Below, piece after piece: positions 60,800-64,000 of a stretch of DNA of 64,000 bases. A program made the position numbers and the translations under genes. Location of the stretch: positions 169,136-233,135 of the forward strand of contig CAXUHB010000001.1 in assembly GCA_964250755.1 (NCBI GenBank). Direction: 5' to 3'. This DNA is from an uncultured Acetobacteraceae bacterium. Its GTDB lineage: Bacteria > Pseudomonadota > Alphaproteobacteria > Acetobacterales > Acetobacteraceae. The notes beneath the pieces are model-generated. The model had not been told where the DNA came from. It was given only the letters and a program-made list of their open reading frames with translations, and ran no database searches. How positions within the stretch are numbered: position 1 is the first letter of the stretch; every line of letters starts with the position of its first letter.

Positions 60800-61505
60800 T
60801 GCGGTGGTTGAAGCTGGCACTTGGGCTTGGCATGCATGAGGTGGGTGAAGCCGGTGCCCATGTCCGTCAGGTTGTGTAGGGTCTAGCGGTAGTCAGGGAG
60901 CGTTTGTTTGTGCGCCCGAGCCCGCGTGCGCGGCGGCATGCGTTCTACAGCGGCCGCAGAAGCTTTCAGGTCGTCTGCAAAGCCGGAATGCGCGATGTCT
61001 TATTCATTTCAGAACGGCCTCATGGAATAGATTTTCCAGTCACGATGGGACTCAACGACGACCGGAAATTTTTCGAAGTAGCTGCCTTCCACAGGAGAAA
61101 ACGGCTACGACCGAGTGAGGAGCGTCCTCGCGGCCATGTTCGCGAAGCACGGCACGGATGAAGCAGAGTCGTCGAAGGTAAAACGGACGAGGCCGTGTGG
61201 AAGGACGGGGCGAAATTTGCCGGTTTCAGCTATCACACAGGCACGGACGTGCTTAAAATTAATTACGTGTCAGTTGCGCCCGTCGGTCGAGGTAGGAATG
61301 CGTGGGCTGTGTTCCGGCTGCACCGGCAGTGCCTGCATCGGCACGCAAGACCCCCTCACCCCGGCCCTCGCCCGGAGAAAGAGGGAGAAGCAGCCGTGCC
61401 ACATGCGTTGGCTCTGGGCTTCCTCCAACCCCATCGTTGCGACGGCGGGAGGGGGCCTTGCAGTGACGGATTCATAGGGCCGAGGCTGGAGTTGGGAGGC
61501 GGACG
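60800..61505. other. low-GC non-coding or degraded region; fragmented ORFs in three frames and a solo REP-like unit at 61352..61392
   Basis: No ORF with consistent coding signal; peptide fragments (…ERPHGIDFPVTMGLNDDRKFFEVAAF / GYDRVRSVLAAMFAKHGTDE / WKDGAKFAGFSYHTGTDVLKINY) switch frames; AT-rich stretches (ttaaaattaattacg). Confidence 0.3.
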
Positions 61506-61508
61506 GGA

Positions 61509-63223
<1,715 letters not shown>

Positions 63224-63227
<4 letters not shown>

Positions 63228-63535
63228 GCGTCCAGGGGTCCCATGATGCCGGCGCGGAAGCCGTGGACGATGCGGGCGCCACGGTAGGGGACCAGGGTGA
63301 CGTCGCGGGTTTGGCCCGGCTCGAACCGGACGGCGGTGCCGGCGGGGATGTCCAGGCGCTGGCCGCGGGCTTGGGTGCGGTCGAAGCGCAGGGCGGGGTT
63401 GGATTCGGCGAAATGGTAGTGGCTGCCGACCTGGACGGGGCGGTCGCCGGTGTTGGCGACCGTCAGGGTGGTGCGGGGCTGGCCGGCGTTGAGTTCTATG
63501 TCGCCGTCAGCGGGGAGGAGTTCGCCGGGGATCAT
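63224..63535 (-). CDS. ureB: urease beta subunit
   Basis: 103 aa; [20 protein letters not shown]...GSHYHFAE; ATGA overlap with ureC. Confidence 0.9.
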
Positions 63536-63562
63536 GGGGTGGTCCTGGGCTGGAGGGGTGCG

Positions 63563-63730
63563 CTGCTCCCTCTCCCTCCGGGAGAGGGTTGGGGTGAGGG
63601 GGGCCGGGCAGAGCCAATTACACCCAGCGCGGTGCTGGCCTGACCCCAGATGGCGAGGGAGGCGCTTGCGGCCTTTCCCTCACCCCGACCCTCTTCCGGT
63701 GGGAGAGGGAGAAGGAAGCATCCTTCCGGG
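63563..63730. repeat. REP-like palindromic doublet, copy D, in the ureA-ureB spacer
   Basis: gcgctgctccctctccctccgggagagggttggggtgagggggg ... cctttccctcaccccgaccctcttccggtgggagagggagaagg; fills most of the 227-bp ureA-ureB gap. Confidence 0.75.
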
Positions 63731-63761
63731 TGCAGCGGTTCCGGGATCGTCTTATGTCCTC

Positions 63762-64000
63762 TCATCGGATCGGCTCGTGGACGGTGACCAGTTTGGTGCC
63801 GTCGGGGAAGGTGGCTTCCACTTGGACGTCAGCGATCATTTCGGGGATGCCTTCCATCACCTGGTCGCGCGTCAGGACCGACGCGCCGGCTTCCATCAGG
63901 TCGGCGACGGTGCGGCCGTCGCGGGCGCCTTCGACCACGAAGTCGGAGATCAGGGCGACGGCCTCGGGGTGGTTCAGCTTCACGCCGCGCTCCAGGCGGC
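63762..64000 (-). CDS. ureA: urease gamma subunit (5' end beyond window)
   Basis: ...[76 protein letters not shown]; reading frame stays open to the window edge. Confidence 0.85.
   Translation of the reverse strand, partial: RLERGVKLNHPEAVALISDFVVEGARDGRTVADLMEAGASVLTRDQVMEGIPEMIADVQVEATFPDGTKLVTVHEPIR

Noticed and set aside
60904-61477. ORFs 60904..61161, 61115..61477 and 61195..61524 as real small genes
   Set aside because: Mutually overlapping in different frames with no consistent codon bias; better explained as fragments of a decayed gene

Overview
This 64 kb window is a very GC-rich (about 68-70% by eye) alphaproteobacterial chromosome segment; the gene content and order look Rhodospirillales/Acetobacteraceae-like. 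It is densely coding on both strands with mostly housekeeping genes.

Genes in order along the window:
- the 3' end of a FecCD/FecE-type ABC importer
- a translationally coupled copper-chaperone operon (CopC-PCuAC fusion, SCO1, c-type cytochrome)
- a vapBC-like toxin-antitoxin locus whose PIN toxin is split by a frameshift
- a GMC oxidoreductase, a 3-dehydroshikimate-dehydratase-like fusion enzyme and serA
- a NfeD-stomatin pair, ribokinase, argF-argD, recX and azlCD
- tatA, the methionine-salvage genes mtnB-mtnD-mtnC coupled to bluB, a formamidase, gcrA and an S-adenosylmethionine-dependent (SAM) methyltransferase
- a complete aa3 cytochrome c oxidase operon (coxB-coxA-ctaB, a small coxF-like ORF, ctaG-coxC-surf1)
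- an M32 carboxypeptidase, a second SPFH protein, thrC and an M16 peptidase
- pqiABC, tRNA-Thr(CGT) and a roughly 3.9 kb DUF11-repeat surface-protein gene broken into three reading frames
- an NADP-dependent oxidoreductase, a gluconolactonase, selO and a serine hydrolase
- a urease cluster (ureA-ureB-ureC ... ecsC-ureE-ureF-ureG)

Observations that go beyond ordinary annotation:
1. A family of about 40 bp GC-rich palindromic units (core ccctctccc-N3-4-gggagaggg) occurs as inverted doublets at four or more intergenic sites. Two lie inside the urease cluster. One supplies the last codons and the stop of selO. They create artificial N- or C-terminal extensions in the six-frame track.
2. A roughly 6 kb stretch of visibly lower GC content (about 55.2-61.5 kb) interrupts the urease cluster between ureC and ecsC-ureEFG. 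It carries an orphan REC-PAS-HK-REC hybrid kinase, an IS3-family orfA remnant, an overlapping two-gene module of unknown function, a small unknown protein next to a patatin-like phospholipase, and a degraded gene remnant. It is bounded by a 15 bp tandem direct repeat. This is the best candidate here for an uncharacterised accessory module.
3. An EcsC-family gene overlaps ureE by 4 nt (ATGA).

No rRNA, CRISPR array or intact transposase was seen.
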